A stretch of DNA of 44,728 bases, taken from positions 1 to 44,728 of IMG/VR virus record IMGVR_UViG_3300049141_000061. One strand, written 5' to 3'. Position numbers and translations under genes: made by a program. The notes under the pieces were generated by a model. It ran no database searches. It was not told the origin of the DNA and saw only the letters and a list, made by a program, of their open reading frames with translations. The DNA is from a virus (taxonomy: Duplodnaviria; Caudoviricetes). Below are positions 42,824 through 44,728 of this stretch, piece after piece. Every line of letters begins with the position of its first letter. The stretch's first letter is position 1.

Positions 42824-43122
42824 TGACCACCCGGCCGCGGGGCGGCGCCAACTCCCGCTGCCCCGCGTGCCGGGCGCCCGTCATCAAGCAGCTCGTCGGC
42901 AACCGGGCCGCCCTGAACGTGACCGCGGACCTCACCCCGCTCACCCCCGAGCAGCAGCGGCAGCTACGCGAACCCAACCGGCTCATCTGGTGCCTGCGCA
43001 CCAACAGCCTCGGCGTCCAGCGCCTGCTGTGGCTCGACCCCTGGCACCCGCCCGACTGCCCACACGGCGTCCACGTCGCCGACCACCGATGCCCACCCGC
43101 CGAGCCCACCACCCTGTTCTAG
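42823..43122 (+). CDS. Hypothetical protein with CxxC...HxC zinc-like motif
   Basis: CPAC...DHRC; coupled to upstream stop. Confidence 0.7.
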   Translation: MTTRPRGGANSRCPACRAPVIKQLVGNRAALNVTADLTPLTPEQQRQLREPNRLIWCLRTNSLGVQRLLWLDPWHPPDCPHGVHVADHRCPPAEPTTLF

Positions 43123-43132
43123 GAGAACGCCC

Positions 43133-44728
43133 GTGGACAACGTCCGCCACATCCCGCACCAGCCGGCGGACCAGGATGCCCCCGCGCAGCACGATGCGGA
43201 GCGGTACGTCCTCGGCGGATGCATGCACCAGCCCAAGGCCATCCCCACGGTCCGCGGCATCATCACCCGCAGCGACTTCGCGCTCCCGGCACACGAACTC
43301 ATCTGGGACGTGATCGGCGACCTCCACGACGGCGGGCAGCCCATCACCCCACTCACGCTCCGCCTGGAGCTGGAGAAGCGGAAGGAACTCCGGCGCGCGG
43401 GCGGCCTCGGCTACATCAACCAGCTCGGCGACTACGCCCTCGACGCCGAGTACCACGCGCACATCGTCCGCCGCGACGCCGACCTGCGCGCCGAGGCCGA
43501 CCTCGGCCGCCGCATCGTCCAGCAGGCCACCGCCCCCGACGCCGAGCCCGGGCGCGCCGTCACCTTCATCGACGACTACCTCCAACGCCAGAAGGAACGG
43601 GCCGCCGGCCGCTCCGGCGACCCCGCCGACGCCCTCCTCGCCGAACTCCTCGACGCCTCCAGCCTCGACAACATGCCCACGCTGGAGCCCCTCGTCGGCG
43701 ACCTCCTGCACCTCGACTCCCTCGCCCGGATCATCGGCCCGTCCGGGCACATGAAGTCCTTCGTCACGATCGACCTCGCCGGGCACGTCGGCACCGGCAT
43801 GAACTGGCACGGCCACCACGTCCGCCAGGGCACCGTCGTCTACCTCGTCGCCGAGGGCGCCCGCGGTATCCGCAAACGCGTCCGCGCCTGGGAGAAGCAC
43901 CACGGGCTGAAGATGGACAACGTCCTCTTCCTGCCCCGGCCCGTGCAGGCCATGGGCCCCGAGTGGGACACCCTCATCGAGGCGATGCGCCGCCTGTCGC
44001 CGCAGATGATCGTCATCGACACCCAGGCCCGCGTGTCCGTCGGCGTCGAGGAGAACTCCAACACCGAAGTCGGCGTCGTCATCGAGCGCATCGAAGACCT
44101 CCGCCGCGCCACCGGCGCCTGCGTCCTCGTCATCCACCACACCGGCCACGTCGGCGAGCACGGCCGCGGCGCCTCCTCCGCGAAGGGTGCCCTGCAGTCC
44201 GAGCTGCACGTCAGCAAGAAGGGCGACAACGCCAAGAACATCATCGTCACCGTCAAGGTCGGCAAGCAGAAGGACGACGAGGAGTCCGGCGACATCCAGT
44301 TCGGTCTGAAGGTCGTCACCCTCGACGGGGAGGCCAAGCCCGACGGCCGGCCCGTCACGTCCGTGGTCCTGGAGTCCCTCGACCACCGTCCGGCCGAGCT
44401 GGTGAAGGGCACGCCCGAGTGGCTCGTCAGCGTCCTCGACAGGGCTCACGTGTCGATGGCGTGGGGCAGCCCCCGTGTCATCAAGTGGTGCGCCGAGTAC
44501 GGCATCCAGATGCGCAAGGACAAGATCGAAGAAGCGGTGCGGATCCGCAAGCGCCGGGGCTCTTTCGACGAGGCACAGGATGCCCGAAATGACCTCCCCC
44601 CGAACCTCCCCCGCGATCTTGAAAGCGAACTCCCCCGCGATCAAGGGGGGAGTTCCAGGGAGACCACACAAAGCCCCAGGTCAGACCTCCCCCCAAATCC
44701 CGGGGGACCCCCGGGGGACGTCCCTCCC
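43133..44728 (+). CDS. Replication protein: DnaB N-terminal domain plus RepA/AAA helicase (3'-truncated)
   Basis: AGGAG RBS with GTG at 43133. Manual translation gives DAERYVLGGCM..DF..PAHELIW (DnaB-N), Walker A GPSGHMKS, Walker B IVIDT, LVIHHTG. No stop seen before the window end, consistent with its absence from the ORF track. Confidence 0.88.
   Translation, partial: MDNVRHIPHQPADQDAPAQHDAERYVLGGCMHQPKAIPTVRGIITRSDFALPAHELIWDVIGDLHDGGQPITPLTLRLELEKRKELRRAGGLGYINQLGDYALDAEYHAHIVRRDADLRAEADLGRRIVQQATAPDAEPGRAVTFIDDYLQRQKERAAGRSGDPADALLAELLDASSLDNMPTLEPLVGDLLHLDSLARIIGPSGHMKSFVTIDLAGHVGTGMNWHGHHVRQGTVVYLVAEGARGIRKRVRAWEKHHGLKMDNVLFLPRPVQAMGPEWDTLIEAMRRLSPQMIVIDTQARVSVGVEENSNTEVGVVIERIEDLRRATGACVLVIHHTGHVGEHGRGASSAKGALQSELHVSKKGDNAKNIIVTVKVGKQKDDEESGDIQFGLKVVTLDGEAKPDGRPVTSVVLESLDHRPAELVKGTPEWLVSVLDRAHVSMAWGSPRVIKWCAEYGIQMRKDKIEEAVRIRKRRGSFDEAQDARNDLPPNLPRDLESELPRDQGGSSRETTQSPRSDLPPNPGGPPGDVPP
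44591..44717. repeat. Iteron-like CTCCCCC repeats (candidate replication origin)
   Basis: (A)CCTCCCCC at 44592, 44604 and 44685; GAAC(C)TCCCCCGCGATC twice at 44602 and 44627; inverted GGGGGAG/GGGGGAC copies. Confidence 0.65.

Larger units (their letters stand above)
1..44728. mobile_element. Temperate siphovirus (actinophage, probably Streptomyces) genome segment with intact attP
   Basis: Terminase, portal, capsid, tail, tape measure, lysin/holin, integrase, repressor and replication genes in canonical order. High GC, WhiB gene, no host housekeeping genes. Confidence 0.95.

Noticed and set aside
44700-44728. Window ends joining into a complete circle
   Set aside because: The ends fall in unrelated genes (replication protein versus membrane protein) with no terminal overlap, so sequence is missing.

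Overview
This window is most of the genome of a GC-rich temperate siphovirus, very probably infecting Streptomyces or a close actinomycete. It is cut inside a gene at each end. Gene order: membrane-protein cluster with an 8-bp repeat array (1-1.6 kb); a lipoprotein moron; terminases, portal, minor capsid, scaffold and major capsid; an enlarged block of head/neck accessory genes; tail genes with a -1 frameshifted chaperone and tape measure; lysis cassette; accessory regulatory island (HAD hydrolase, XRE-TPR regulator, DUF6415-like gene, small XRE gene); an intact attP carrying the 3' half of tRNA-Val(TAC); tyrosine integrase; repressor/Cro/Xis switch; and an early operon (exonuclease, gp3-like protein, DnaQ-like, RuvC-like, C5 methyltransferase, WhiB, DnaB-N/AAA replication protein with iteron-like repeats). 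The best candidate for an undescribed system is the left-end module: three membrane proteins, the last a membrane anchor fused to a TraB-like winged-helix domain with no ATPase, followed directly by a clt-like array of seven RTCTACCG repeats. Also notable are a 10-bp repeat shared by attP and the lytic promoter, a LexA-type box in the immunity switch, and two hairpin-dense non-coding tracts. All family calls are by eye from motifs and synteny; no database searches were run.
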